From the human T2T-CHM13v2.0 reference genome, Homo sapiens, in NCBI RefSeq assembly GCF_009914755.1, contig NC_060937.1: a stretch of 64,000 nt of DNA; one strand, given 5' to 3'. Of this stretch, positions 36,090 to 49,765 are shown in pieces (positions within the stretch are counted from its first letter, which is position 1; each line of letters starts with the position of its first letter). Below the pieces are notes generated by a model. That model ran no database searches. It was not told the origin of the DNA and was given only the letters and a program-made list of their open reading frames with translations. Made by a program: the position numbers and the translations under genes.

Positions 36090-39000
36090 CGAAGGCATGA
36101 TGTTCCACAGCAGATTTCTACAAACTTACTCACCTTGCATAACTGAAACTTTATACCCATTGAGTATCTACTCTCAATTTCCCACACCCTCAGCCCCTGG
36201 CAACCACCATTCTACTCTCTGCTTCTCTGAGTTTTACTATTTTAGATACCTCATATACGAAGAATCATACAGTATTTGTTCTTTTTGATTGGTTTATTTC
36301 ACTTAGTATAATGTCCTCCAGGTTCATCTATGTAATCACATGTGGCAGAATTTCTTTATTTTTAAAATAATATTCTATTATTAATGTACCATATTTAATT
36401 ATTGATTCATTTGGCCAACAATGGACATTTATATTATTTCCATATATTGGCTATTGTGAAGGATGCTGCACTCAATGTGAGACTGATATCCTGATTTCAT
36501 CCCTTCTGGATATATAACCAGAAGTGGATTTGCTGGATTATATGGTATTGCTCTATTTTAGTTTTTTTGAGTACTCTTTTTCTTAGCAGCGTCAACATTT
36601 TACATTCCCACAGTGTACGAGAGTTTCAATTTCTCCACATCTTTGCCAACCCTGATCTTTTATAATAGCCATCCTAGCAAGTTTGAGGTGATATTCCATT
36701 GTAGTTTTAACTTGCATTTTCCAGATAAGTGATATTGAACATCTTTTTATATATCTGTTGGCCATTTGTATATTTTCTTTGGAGAAATGTATATTCAAGT
36801 ACTTTGTACATTTTTAAATGGGTTATTTGTTGTTGTTGTTGTTTTGCTATTGAGTTTTTTCTGTTCCTTGTGTATTTTGGATATTAACCTCTTATCAGAC
36901 ATGTAATTTGTAAATATCTTCTCCGGTTCCCTAGGTTGCCTTTTCATTTTCTTGACTGTTTCCTTTTACTGTGCAAAAGGTTTTTAGTTTGATACGGTAT
37001 CACTTGCCTATTTTTGCTTTTGTTGCTGTGTTGAAATAGCCTATGTTGTTTTGTATATGCCTGTGTCATATCTAAGAAGCAATTATCAGGACCAATGTCA
37101 TGAAGTTTTTTCCGTATGGTTTCTTCTAGGTGTTTTACAGTTTTCAGTATTACGTTTAAGTGTTTAATCCATTTTAAGTTGATTTTTGTGTATGGTATAA
37201 AAGGCTGGATTTTGTTCCTTTGAATGAAGACAGCATTTTTCCAATACTATTTGATGAAGAGACTATTCTTTCCCCCTTGTGTATTCTTGGCATCCTTGTC
37301 TAAGATTAGTTGAGCATATATGCATGATTTTATTTCTGGACTATTTTGTTTTATTGGTCTATGTGCCTGTCTTTATGTTAGCACCTTACTGTATTAATTA
37401 CTATAGCTTTGTAATACATTTAGAAAAGAGGAAGTGTGATGTGGCTAACGTTATTTTCTTTCTCAAGACTGTTTTCACCATTCAGCATCCTTTGAGCTCT
37501 ATATGAATTTTAGGATTTCCTAAAAAGTGCCATTGGGATTTTGATACAGATTGCATTGAATCTGCAGATAGCTTTGGGTAGTATGGACATTTTAACAATA
37601 TTAAGTCTTCCAATACAGGGACTCAGGATATTTTTCCACTTACTTGTATCTTTGTTAATTTATTTTATCAATGTCTTGTAGTTTTCAGTACATAAGTATT
37701 CCCTCCTAAGTTTATTTCTAAGTATTTTATTCCTTTTGATGCTATTATATCTGGTTGTTTTTATTAAGTTCTTTTTGGGTTATTTGTTGTTAGTGTATAA
37801 AAACACAACTGATTATTGTATGTTGATTTTTTTATCCTGAAATTAACTCAATTTTTTTATTAGTTACAACAGTGTGTGTGTGTTTGTGTGTGTGACTTTA
37901 AGGGTTTTCTACAAGAGATCATATTATCTTCAAACAGAAGTAATTTTACTTCTTTCATTTTGATTTGGATGTCTTTCATTTCTTTTGCTTGCCTAATTGC
38001 TTTGGATAGGACTTCCAGTAACATGTTGAATAAAAATGGCAACAGTGGGCATCCTTGCCTTGTTCTAGATCTTACAGGAGATGCTTTTAGTTTTTCATCA
38101 TTGAATATGATGTTGATGGTGGCCTTTTTAGATATAGCTTTTACTATGTTGAGGTATTTTTCTTTTATTTATATTTTATTGAGAATTGTTTATTATAAAA
38201 ATGTGAAATTTTACAAATATTGTTTCTACATTATTGAGATGATCATGTGATTTTTATGCTTCATTTTGTTAATGCGGAGCATCACATTAATGATTTGAGT
38301 ATGTTGAACCATATTTTTATTCCAGGGAAAAATCTCACTTAGTAATGGCATATGGCCCTTTCAATGCGCTGTTGAATTTGGTTTGCTAATATTTTTTTGA
38401 GGATCTTTACACCTCTGTACATCTGAGATATTGACCTGTAGTTTTATTTTAGTGTGTGTTTTTGTTTGGCTTTGGTATTCAGGTAATGCTGGCCTTATAC
38501 GTTTGAAAATGTCTCCTCTTCTTCAGTTTTTGGAGAGTTTAGTAAGGATTGTTATTGATTCTTTAAATATTTGGTAGAATTCACCAATGAAGCCATCTGA
38601 TCCTGTGTTTTTCTTTCTTGGGAAGTTTTTGATTACTGTTTCAATCTCCTTACTCATAATTATTGTGTTCAGATTTTCTATTCTTTCATGTACAGTCTTG
38701 TCAGGTTGTATATTTCTAAAAATGTATCAATTTCTCCTAGCTTATCTAATTTGTTGTCATATAATTATTCATATTAGTTTCTTATGATCCTTTTTTCTAT
38801 GGTATCAGTTAAGTGAAATATTAATAATTATTATTGATAAAAATAATCATCTTTCATTTCAGATTTTGGGTACTTGAATTCTATTTTTCCTTAAGTGAGC
38901 TAAAGGTTTGTCAATATTGTTTATCTTTTCAAAAAACCAACCCTCAGTTTCGCTGATTTTTTTCTGTTGTTTTTCTATTCTCTATTTTAAGTCTGCTCTA

Positions 39001-40774
39001 ATATTTATTTCCTTCCTTCTACTTACTTTGTGCTTAGCTTGTTTTTCTTTCTCTAGTTCTATTTAGTGTAAAGTTATATTTTTTATTCTTCTTTTTGAAA
39101 GTATTTATCACTATAAACTGACTTCTAACTACCACTTTTGCTGCCTGTCATAGGTTTTGATATGTTTTTGTTTTCATTTGTCTCAAGAAATTTTCTAATT
39201 TCCCTTTTGATTTCTTCTGTTGTTTAAATGTGTGTGTTTTTAATTTTTATTTTATCACATATTTGTAGATTTTTCAATTTTCCTTCTGCTATTTATTTCT
39301 AGTTTTACGCCATTGGGATCAGAAAAGACTATTCGGCATATGTCTATATATTTATCTGTTAGGTCCATTTGGTCTATACTATTTTTCAAGTCCACTGTTC
39401 TCTTTTTGATTTTCTGTCTGGATATTCTATCCATTATTGAAAGTGTGGTATTAAAGTCTCCCATTAATTTAATTCTGTTTATTTCCTCCTACAGTTCTGT
39501 CAGTGTTTGCTTTATGTATTTTGCTAGTCTGATGTTGAATGCATGTATGTTAATGATTGTTATATGAATCAGTCCTTTTAAGAGTATATAATGTCCCTTG
39601 TCTCTTGTGATAGCGTTTGACTTAAACTCTATTTGGTGTGATTTAGGTATAGCCTCGCCTGCTCTCTTTTGGTTACCATTTGGATGGAATATCTTTTTCT
39701 ATCCTTGCATTTTCTTCAGCCTATGTGTGTCCTTAACTCACTTAAATCTAATGTGAGTCTCTTATAGAAAGTATATAGTTGGATCCTATTTTTTTAATTA
39801 ATTCAGTCACTTTATAGCTGTAGATTGAGGGGTTTCATTCTTTGTATTTAAAGTAATTATTGATAGAGAATAACTCATTATTGCCATTTTGTCAGTTTCT
39901 TTTTTTGTCAGTCTTGTAGTTCTTTTGACTTCTTTTCCTTTTGTTGTCTTCATTCGTGTTTTATTGATTCTTTGTATTGATATACTTTTATTCCTTGCTT
40001 TTTGTCTTCTTCTTTTCTAAATAAACCATTTTATGTATTACTATTATCATATAGAGACAAGATCTCACTCTGTAACCTACAGTGCAGTGGCATAATCATA
40101 GACTACTGCAGCCTCAAATTCCTGGCCTCAAGTGATCCTCCCACCTCGACCTCCCAAATTGCTGGGATTCCAGGTGTGATGGCTCACGCCTTTTTTTTTT
40201 TCTTTTGTATATCTTCTGTGGCTATTTTTCTTTGTGGTTACCATGGAGTTTACATAAAATGTTTTATAATTATAACAGTTTGTTTTAAGCTGATAACTTC
40301 AATCCTATACAAAACTCTACACTTCCCCCTCTATCTTGTATATTATTGACTCACACTTTATTTCTTTTATACTGTGAATATATTAACATATTTTTATTGT
40401 TATAATTGCTTTTTATACTTTTGCCTTTTAACTTTGTACTGGAATCAAAATAGATAGACACACTTTTATTACAGCATTAGAGTATCCTGTATTCTTGTAT
40501 ATATTTATGATTTCCAGTAAGTTTTATATTTTTATATACTTTCATAGTGCTGTTTAGTATATTTTTGGTTAAAGTTGAAGAACTTCCTTTAGCAATTCTG
40601 GTATGGCAGTGCTAGTTGTAATAAACTCCTTCATCTTTTGTTTGTCCAGAAAGTTTTCATCTCCTTCTTTTTTGAAGGACAGTTTTTGCTAGGCATAGTA
40701 TTATTTGTTGGCAGTTTTTTCGGGGAGAAGGAAGGTCCAGGATTTTTAGTTTCACCATCTTGCTGACCTCACTC
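36090..40774 (-). mobile_element. L1MB1/L1MA10-like LINE: 3'UTR, ORF2, ORF1 C-terminus and fused 5' terminus
   Basis: 3' part ttgcataactgaaactttatacccattga; ORF2 remnants (LFNMLLEVLSKAIRQ, MGDFNTTLSIMDR); ORF1 end at ~40580-40720; 5' end gagtgaggtcagcaagatgg (minus strand) at 40721-40774. Confidence 0.9.
40050..40190 (-). mobile_element. Alu monomer (FRAM/AluJ-like) nested in L1
   Basis: agagacaagatctcactctg..gcagtggcataatcatag..ctcaagtgatcctcccacctc..ctgggatt. Confidence 0.85.
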
Positions 40775-40799
40775 AGGTAATACATGTATAGAAAGCAAT

Positions 40800-41710
40800 T
40801 ACAAACCAAAATGTATAGCATTGAAAACAAATGAAACCAATTGGAATAGAGAAGTTTCTTGATAGTGTGAGGAATAGTAGAAAGAATTGAAGAGATTTGG
40901 TCAGCTGAGAGGTGGAAGATGATAACTACCCTCAAATATAGTCATGTAGAAGAGGTTATAAATACACTGTATGTCATTTTACAGAGGAAATAGTATCAAA
41001 TGTAGAAGGTAGGACAATAATTGATGATTGGCCTTTTCCACCTCTCTAGTTTCCTCTGCAGCATTTTCCCTCTTGTGCAATTTTCTTCAGTCACTTTGTC
41101 TCTCTTTTGTTTTTTTGAATGGAATTATTTGCCTCCCTTCTCAAAATTTATGGATTCCATCTTGCTCACTCTGACTTCTGAAGTAAAACAGTCTTTTCTT
41201 TTATTCCCTCTTCTTGGCATAACCTATTCCTATTCCTCCATGCTCTATTTAACTACACTTCTCTCAGCTTATTCTCATATTTTGTTTAGACATGTTTTTG
41301 TTAGCTTTGGAGAGAATCACATTTCCCAGCTAAATATTAATAGCAATCTCTGCATTTACCTCAACTTATAATAATGTATTTGTGTTATTACTTGGGTTTT
41401 TATATGTATTTTTTATTAGACTGCAATTGTTGTAATTTCAATGTCTCTTCTATATCAGACATTAAATAAAAACCTATAGCAGCAGTGCATGGATATAGGG
41501 AAATGGTTTAACAGAAGTAAAATGTAATAAAGTATCCTGCTGTCCAGATGCAAGATGGGCTGCTTTTAAATTACTGAGCTTGCAATCACTTGACATTTTT
41601 AACCAAAGGATGAATGGCCATCTGTTTGTAATAGGGATGTTCCAGAAGGGTTTATACAAATATTGAATAGCGATGTTGAAGGCCCCAAAGGTTCTTTTTG
41701 ACATTTTTAT
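40800..41710 (+). mobile_element. L3/CR1 fragments with an intervening L2-like piece (~41050-41450)
   Basis: gaattgaagagatttggtcagctgagag...ctcaaatat...gtcatgtagaagagg; gatgggctgc...atcacttgacatttttaaccaaaggatgaatggccatctg. Confidence 0.55.
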
Positions 41711-42077
41711 TTTGTGACTTACCAATGAACTTTATAAAACAACTTTCTTGTAAGTTAGAACTGCCAGTATTCTACAAACAAACTCAGTAATTCTACAATA
41801 CCATAGGATGAGACCCATTGATTACTACCCATTAAATTCATGACCAATGTTTGGATAGAACATTGAGGTTTAGCAACCATTTTTTTATTTTTATTTTTTT
41901 CTAGACAAACTTATTTAAAGGCCTGCATTACATCAATGAGGTATCAAATGGTCAGAATGAAGAGGACTCCTTTACATTGTGAATAGTGAGTTTATCAACT
42001 CTTCATTTTCTTAGAACACGAGAAGAGTAAGTATATTACTTGGCATTCTGAATGATTGGAATTAAAATAATGTAACA

Positions 42078-42411
42078 CATGGGTCACCAAGCCCCAGCCA
42101 TGGGTCAGTACCATCCCAGGGCCTATTAGGAACCAGGCTGCACAGCAGGAGATGAGCAGTGGGTGAGCATTACTGCCTAAGGTCCACCTCCTGTCAGATC
42201 AGCTGTAGCATTAGATTCTCATAGGAGCTCGAACTGTATTGTGAACCGCACATGGGAGAGATCTCGGTTGCCTGCTCTTTATGAGAATCTAATTAAAGCC
42301 TGATGATCTGAAGTGGAACACTTTCATCCCAAAACCATCCCTCCATACCCTCATCGAAAAATTGTTTTCCACGAAACCAGTCACTGGTGCCAAAAAGGTT
42401 GGGGACCACTG
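42078..42411 (+). mobile_element. MER1B hAT-Charlie DNA transposon
   Basis: Termini catgggtcaccaa / ttggggaccactg; ctcctgtcagatcagc..gcattagattctcataggag; degenerate 8-bp TSD atgtaaca / atataaaa. Confidence 0.93.
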
Positions 42412-42478
42412 ATATAAAAGACTTATCATTTTCCTAGTGAAATTGAAACTACTACATTCAGAAAATTCTGCAATTTTT

Positions 42479-42811
42479 GGCCTGGGCACAGTGGCTCATG
42501 CCTGTAAGTCCAGCACTTTGGGAGGCCAAGGCAGTTGGAATGATTGAACCCTAGAGTTCGAGATCAGCCTGGGCAACATGTTGAAACCCTGTCTCTATAA
42601 AAAATACAAGAATTATCTGGTTGTGGTGACACATGCCTGTGGTCCCAGGCACTTGGGGGACTGAGGTGGGATCATTTGAGCCTGGGAGGCCAAGGCTGCA
42701 GTGAGCCATGATTGCTTCACTGCCCATCAGCCTGGGCAACAGAGTGAGACTCAAAAGACAGAAAGAAAGAAAGGAAGGAAGGAAGGAAGAAAGAAAGGAA
42801 GGAAGGAAGGG
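42479..42811 (+). mobile_element. AluJ with tail converted to (GAAA)n/(GGAA)n microsatellite
   Basis: J-type ttgagcctgggaggccaaggctgcagtgagccatgatt; TSD-like att(c/t)tgcaatttt on both sides. Confidence 0.93.
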
Positions 42812-43164
42812 ATTTTGCAATTTTGATTCACTTTGACTTCTGATATCAAATATTACATTTTATATGATGCCAGATTTGAGCATATGTAGTATTTTCTTCC
42901 CATGAAGTAGACTCTTTAAAAATCTACATTTATTTATTTCAAATATCTTACAACTTATACAAAAAAAACTCTGTAAAGTTAGAGTGTTGTCATGCATCAG
43001 ATGCAATCATAAAAATACCATTCAATTTCTAATGCCAAGGATGTGTTTACACTAACATCTGTAAACTAAAGTTATTTTGAAATTCAAGTTATGTTTAATT
43101 ATGATAGGCATTTGCCAGTATACCTACACGTGATATATATAATTTTTTTACAACTTAACATTTT

Positions 43165-43400
43165 TCATAGAGCTTTCTAAGGGGAGGCACTGTTTAACCA
43201 CTTTTTAAATTATTAACTTATTAAGTCTTGATTTTTAAAAAAATGCCCTATAATAGAAGTAATTTTAATTTTCCATTTTACAGAAGAGGACATTAAGATA
43301 AAGAGATGTTTAGTCAATTGACTAAGGCCACAGGTTGTAAGTAGGTTTGAACCCAGGCAATCTGAGTGCAGATCCATGTATTTAACTATTATATGATAGT
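43165..43400 (-). mobile_element. MIR
   Basis: ccattttacagaagagg...ggccacaggttgtaagtaggtttgaacccaggcaatctgag. Confidence 0.8.
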
Positions 43401-45478
43401 ACATAAAATATCAACAGTACAGTGGGATCAAAAATGAAAAATAAAAGTCTCTTACTCACTTCCATCCTCATCTCTTTTACCACTTCTTAGAGGTATGCAT
43501 AATTAGCTTTTAATGTCCATAACTGCTTTTGTTAGCTATTACCCTAACTTTAAGTAAGGAGCATATAGTTTATTGACAGATTTAAACAAACTCATGGGGA
43601 AATTTGAAAACATTACTTCCAATTCTCTTTTAGCTTCCATACCCATACTTCCTTTAGTTGTGTTTTGGTTATTTTAGTTCTTACCTTTGATCTTTTAAAA
43701 ATACACTTAAATATTTAATTTTGATTCACCCACTTAGAATAATTTTCATCTAGATAACCCTCTTTCCTTCTTCATTTTCTGTGAGACAAGATATTTTTAA
43801 TTATCAAATTTTATATTATTTGTATTTTCATGGAGAAGTGTGCTTGTTTAAAAGTCAAAAATCAGTAAAGGCCTTTGTCAAATTATGCTTATGTATTATT
43901 ATCTAACTTAGAACCAAATATTGTGAAGGACATGTGATCTGATGCCACTAAAATTTGGGATCATTTTACCTTTTTTCCTTGTAATTGCTCAGAATCATGC
44001 AATGATTTTTTGTTTTGCTTATTATGAAGACTGTGCTTTTCTCCTGCAGCTTTGAGTTTTACCATGTATTCTGTATTTTTATGTACTTTATTAAAAATGT
44101 GTATAATAGTCTTCTAATTCATTATCCATACAAACCCTGTAAGCATCAGATTCAATTTTTTTATGTAAGCATTGAAACAAAGTTTACAACATAGCTGATT
44201 CATTTAGCAATATCTGTATATATATGCATAAATATATACAAATTAGCAGATCTCGATACTTAAAGGTTTTTATAGGTAAGCATAAGAATTTTTGTGTATA
44301 TGATAATTAACACTTATATAGTGTTATTTTATGTGTAGTAAATTTGTGAAGTATACTAGTTTGAAATTTGTCAATATTGTTCAGGAAATATCTTTGGTTC
44401 TTTAGTTAATAAAGCCATTTTTGTGTCAACAATGATTTTTTAGCTTCCAAGAAATCTAAAATAATTATACTGAGTAGCCCATTACAAAACAAATATAACA
44501 GTATATAATTTTAATATCTCTACGTAATCCATATATATTTTCCCGCATATATATTTTACTGTCAATAAAATCAGTAATTCTGAGACTTTTAAATAAACAT
44601 AGTTCATTTAGCCTAGAATTTTAAGATATTATGGTTGCTAACTGTGGTTACCATTTAAATTTTCAGGGTCTATTTTTAACATATTTTTATCATGGGATGC
44701 GATTACCTTATCTCCTTATGTTGATGTTGAATGAGGTGCTAACTATTGTGACTAGTTGCTGAAAAATTTTTGTTAATAGGTGGGAACAGAGACATTACTT
44801 GCTTGCAAAATTGTTCCTTTCCTACCCCACTTAAGGAAAGGAACCAGAAGAAAAGGAGAAAGGGTGGGACATGTAATTACTAGGGTGAAAATAGCCTAAG
44901 GAAAGACAATAGAAAAAGATATCTGCTCTGCTAGCTTAAAGTTATTAACAACATGCACATTTTATTCATATGGAAGATTATGTTTTCTCTGTAGCTTTTT
45001 CTACAGTATAATGATGTTACTCAATATCTAGCTTTTAATATTGCTTTTATTGCATTTGACAAGTTAAGATTTATAATTTAAAAGTGACTGACACTGCAGT
45101 ACAAAATATAGGATTGTATGATAGAATGAAGCATTCTAGCAAAGGTTTTAAACTAATAAAGTGGTAAATTTTGCCTCAGAGTTCACATGAAGCCATTTTT
45201 ATATAATATTTTACTGTGAGAATAATGTAACTATGCATTTAAATGTCATTAATGTATTAATTATTGTATTTAATGTGTTAATTGTAATTAATGTATTTAA
45301 GTGTAATTAGTGAATTTTCACAAAAGGAAAAGTGTCAGTATTCATTGAATAATCAGAATGCCTTCACACCCATGATTTTTTTGGGGGTGAGGAATAACCT
45401 AAATGAACACTTACATTGTATACAGAATAACTCATACAATGTCTAATATTTTACTGATCAATATGCCAACTCATATGA

Positions 45479-45789
<311 letters not shown>

Positions 45790-46587
45790 TGATGTCTAAT
45801 ATTTTATTGGTTGTATATTACTCACTGCAAAACTGCCATTGCTTACACATGTTAAATTCTTTAATATAATTTATGCAGTCATGTAAAGTTTATGCAAAAA
45901 TAATAACCTCTTTTATCAAGGCTTGAATAAATATTTCTAAAAATGGATATGTTAACATACTAAATATCATCAGTTTTACAATTCAAATCTCCTGTATATC
46001 TATAACTTCATCCTAATCTGATGGTGCTTAGCATGGAGGATGTTTCTGAGTTTTGTTAAAGTTTTAAATCAATATATGGGGTAGAAATAGAAAATATTAA
46101 GATTTTCACCTTTGTAAATCAGTTATTTTTTATTAAAAAATACATTTAGATTTTCTGTTCTATGCTCTTTAAGGTGATGGCCACAGTTTTTCCATAGCTT
46201 AGAGTGTAGGACAAAAGTTCTTTCTAAAATTAGGCAGAATGAGCTCAGATTAGGCAAGGCTCAGAGTGCTACAGTATTAATATTTCCAATATGAACCAGG
46301 AAACCTCTTTTATAATTAACATAGCAATGATTAAATCTTAAATAAATTCTTCATGTTTTCATGGAAAGATGCAAATGGCTTTAATACCTTTTTTGGAAAA
46401 AGGCAAGGATATGCAAATAATTATATGAGAACAAATGCGAACAGCTAAGTTTCATGTATCTTTACTTTGATAGCAAATACAGAAAATGCATATATTCCCA
46501 GTTTAGATGAAGATAATTATTTTCAATACCGGAAGTAAAAGTAATATTTTCCATTGATTTTTAACCTTTTTCCTAAAAACATTCTCT

Positions 46588-46607
46588 TGTTTGACAATTG
46601 TCAAACA
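46588..46607. repeat. Perfect 20-bp palindrome
   Basis: tgtttgacaa|ttgtcaaaca. Confidence 0.95.
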
Positions 46608-47144
46608 TTTATTGCTAGAGAGATAGCATGAAGGTGAAGCACCCTGCATTCATCATATAGTAACTCTGGTTTAGATAACATTAAAGCTCCCCGTAAAAAC
46701 GGAACTCTAAATCTCTTATGTATCACATTTTCTTTGCTCTAACTTGAATTTTATCATAAAGAAACTATAGTGTTTAAGAACAAGAGAAGATGAAAAGGTG
46801 TTACCCATAAAAGAAATAAACACAATTAAATATTATCTTTTTAAAAAGCAGACAAAAGTATTTAGGTAGTTTATTTAAAATACAAATAGGTTTATTTATT
46901 CAAGTAAGATGGAAATCTTGATTTTGCTGATTTGGGGAAAACATTTGTTGGGTTGGGGACAATTTCACAGGAACAGTCTTAAGCAAAGAGTAAAGAAAAT
47001 AATACTTTGATACATATTTTTAATGTTAACGTGAGTCTCACCAAGGGGGTGGGTAATCAAACAAATTAAAGCTAAAGTGTTTTATTTTGCTCTTGGTCTT
47101 TCCCTACCGGCATCTTTTGTCAGAGGAAAGTTAATACGTTATTT

Positions 47145-47625
47145 ATGTCTGATGATACACTTGTCCCATTTAAAAGGCTTCAGTGGTTCCTCAATGCTTA
47201 CAGAATAAGTAACTACAAAACTACATAGCAAGACATTTCTAAATGTGGCTCCAGTTTTCTTTTCAGTATCATGCTCTTTGTATCACCAGTAAAACCATAC
47301 TCAGTGCATTAGATCACTCACGTACTCTGAGCTAAGCACCATTTGCCTGACTAAGCAGCATTTATTTGCCTGTCAGCTTTCAAGGCCCAGAACAAATACA
47401 CCTGACTCCTACCCAGGTGAATTAATCAGTCTCTGCTCTGTGATACCAAACCACATTATTGAAATCACTAGTATAACAAATCTATACTCATTTAGAGGTA
47501 TTTTTGTATTTGTTAGCACTACTAGTCTGTAAGTTCCTAGAGAGTTTATATGCTGTTTTATTCATCTTCACAACTATGTTTCTCGGGCACAGTAGAAACT
47601 CTACAAATTCTTTTTTGAGTAAATA
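47145..47625 (+). mobile_element. L2 3' region
   Basis: cttcagtggttcctcaatgcttacagaataa...actagtctgtaagttcctagag...ttattcatctt...ggcacagtagaaactc. Confidence 0.75.
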
Positions 47626-47911
47626 GTGATGTTACAAATTATTTCCTTATTGTTCTCTATTCAAACAGACCAGTTTGTGTGTGGAGGTTTCTTTTTAACA
47701 GTGTGCTTAAATTTTTATGACCAGACATTAGTGAAAATAAAGGACATTAATAAAAATCTACTAATGTGTGACATTAATAGAAAAAAAATTAGGTTGTATA
47801 TCCAACTCAACATTCTTTTTAAAGGAATGCCTGTCAAATTTTGAAATTTAAGATTAATTAAGGTATCAGATAAATAAGATCTGATATACTCATTTTTCTT
47901 TTGTCTTTTGT

Positions 47912-47965
47912 TTCAATACATTTATTTGCTTCAATACATTTATTTGCTTCAATATATTTATTTGC
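47912..47965 (+). repeat. 18-bp tandem repeat, 3 copies
   Basis: ttcaata(c/t)atttatttgc three times. Confidence 0.95.
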
Positions 47966-48543
47966 TATATGTTAGAGATGTTTGTATAATCACTCTAGTT
48001 ATGCTGCTACTACATGAATAAGTTAGAACAAGCTACTATATTGATTGAAAAAATATCAAATAACATATTAAAACAAAAAATTGTAACACTTTTTTATTCC
48101 TCTATAAGTATTTGCTTTAATTAGAAATGCAAGAGAGTTCATTCTTTTATAAAATCACTGGAGGTATTCTGTAATGTAAAATAACATGAAAATTTATTTC
48201 CAATTAAATAGACATTTCCAAAATTTAAACATGTTTTATAAATATGAGGCTGAAGGTTTTATAAACTCACATAGATTCATGTGAGTAAATCAAGAAAGAT
48301 ACTAGACACATACACATGTGAACACATACACACATATTACATATTTATTTTTAAATTGTTAGCATAGAGGCAACCCCAAACACCAATAATGTACAAACTT
48401 TAATAGGTTTAAAGACGAGCACTTAGAAATGTATAGTTATAGAAATCATTCATACAGTTTATATTTTATCTTCTAGAAAATTTATTTTCTTCTTTCTTTT
48501 TTATAATTTATAATAGATATCCACATTCCCATAAATTTTTTAA

Positions 48544-48807
<264 letters not shown>

Positions 48808-49274
48808 AAATTGTCCAAATACCCATGACAAATATGTCAGACTTTTTATGAAATATAATTTTTTGCTAGTAATATTTTAAATAAAACTTTTAAATTTAAG
48901 GGGGAATTACTTATAACCACAGGTACTATATTGCTTATGTCCATATTTTTAAAGCAATGATTTTGTGGCAATGCCTATGTGTCATGTCATTTTGCATGTA
49001 GTTTGCAGTCTGTAACTAGGGTTATAAAAATATATTTTATTTAACCTTAAAACAATGTAGTTCTTAAAGACTTATCAGCAAGAACAGAGCTCAGTACAGA
49101 TACTTATTCAAAAGAAAAGCTTTTTTCCCTTATTTTACTCTTTTCTGTCTTTTAAAATATTGGTATTCTTTGGGAGTCCCTACCATTGTTTATAATTTTC
49201 TTTTTTCACATTCTTTTCTATGTAAAACTACCAGTCTCTGCATGCTGTCACATTTTATTGTAATCTATTTTTTT

Positions 49275-49765
49275 TTAAACACAAATCAAACCACGTCACC
49301 CCACTGTTCAGAATCTTTCAGTGTTTCCTCAAGGCCTACAGGATACCAACTCTATTTCTTTGCATGGGATGAAATGCTCTTTTCAATCTGGACCCGCCTG
49401 TCTTTCTAGCCTTATCGCCAAAAGTTCGTTCGGCATGTACTTTGTACTTCAGTCACACTGGGCTACTTGTGGGTCTCCATTAAGCCATGCAATTTCAAGT
49501 TTCTATGCTTGCCTCTTGTAATCTTAGAAAACTCTGTACTCTTCAAGATTCAATTCAAAATTCTACTTGTTTTTTTTTTTCTATGCTCTTCTAAGTCCCT
49601 GTGTGTATACGTCAGTTGGCATCTACCTACCTTTATTTTATTAATAGTGGTATATCTGATTTATACTTAACTGAGAATTCCTCTGCATCTTTGCAACTCC
49701 TGCTCCTTAGAACAATGCTGCACTCAGTCAGTGTAGAAAGATAGAATGGCTGAGGTAAATAAACA
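49275..49765 (+). mobile_element. L2 fragment
   Basis: ccacgtcaccccactgttcagaatctttcagtgtttcc...cttcaagattcaattcaaaatt...agaacaatgct. Confidence 0.7.

Noticed and set aside
34840-39900. Plus-strand L1 EN fragment as a twin-priming inversion of the minus-strand L1
   Set aside because: It overlaps the same consensus region that the minus element retains, is clearly diverged from it, and lies beyond its 3' end; independent insertion is more likely
47912-47965. Direct repeats as a CRISPR-like array
   Set aside because: No spacers, only 18 bp, eukaryotic context; ordinary tandem repeat
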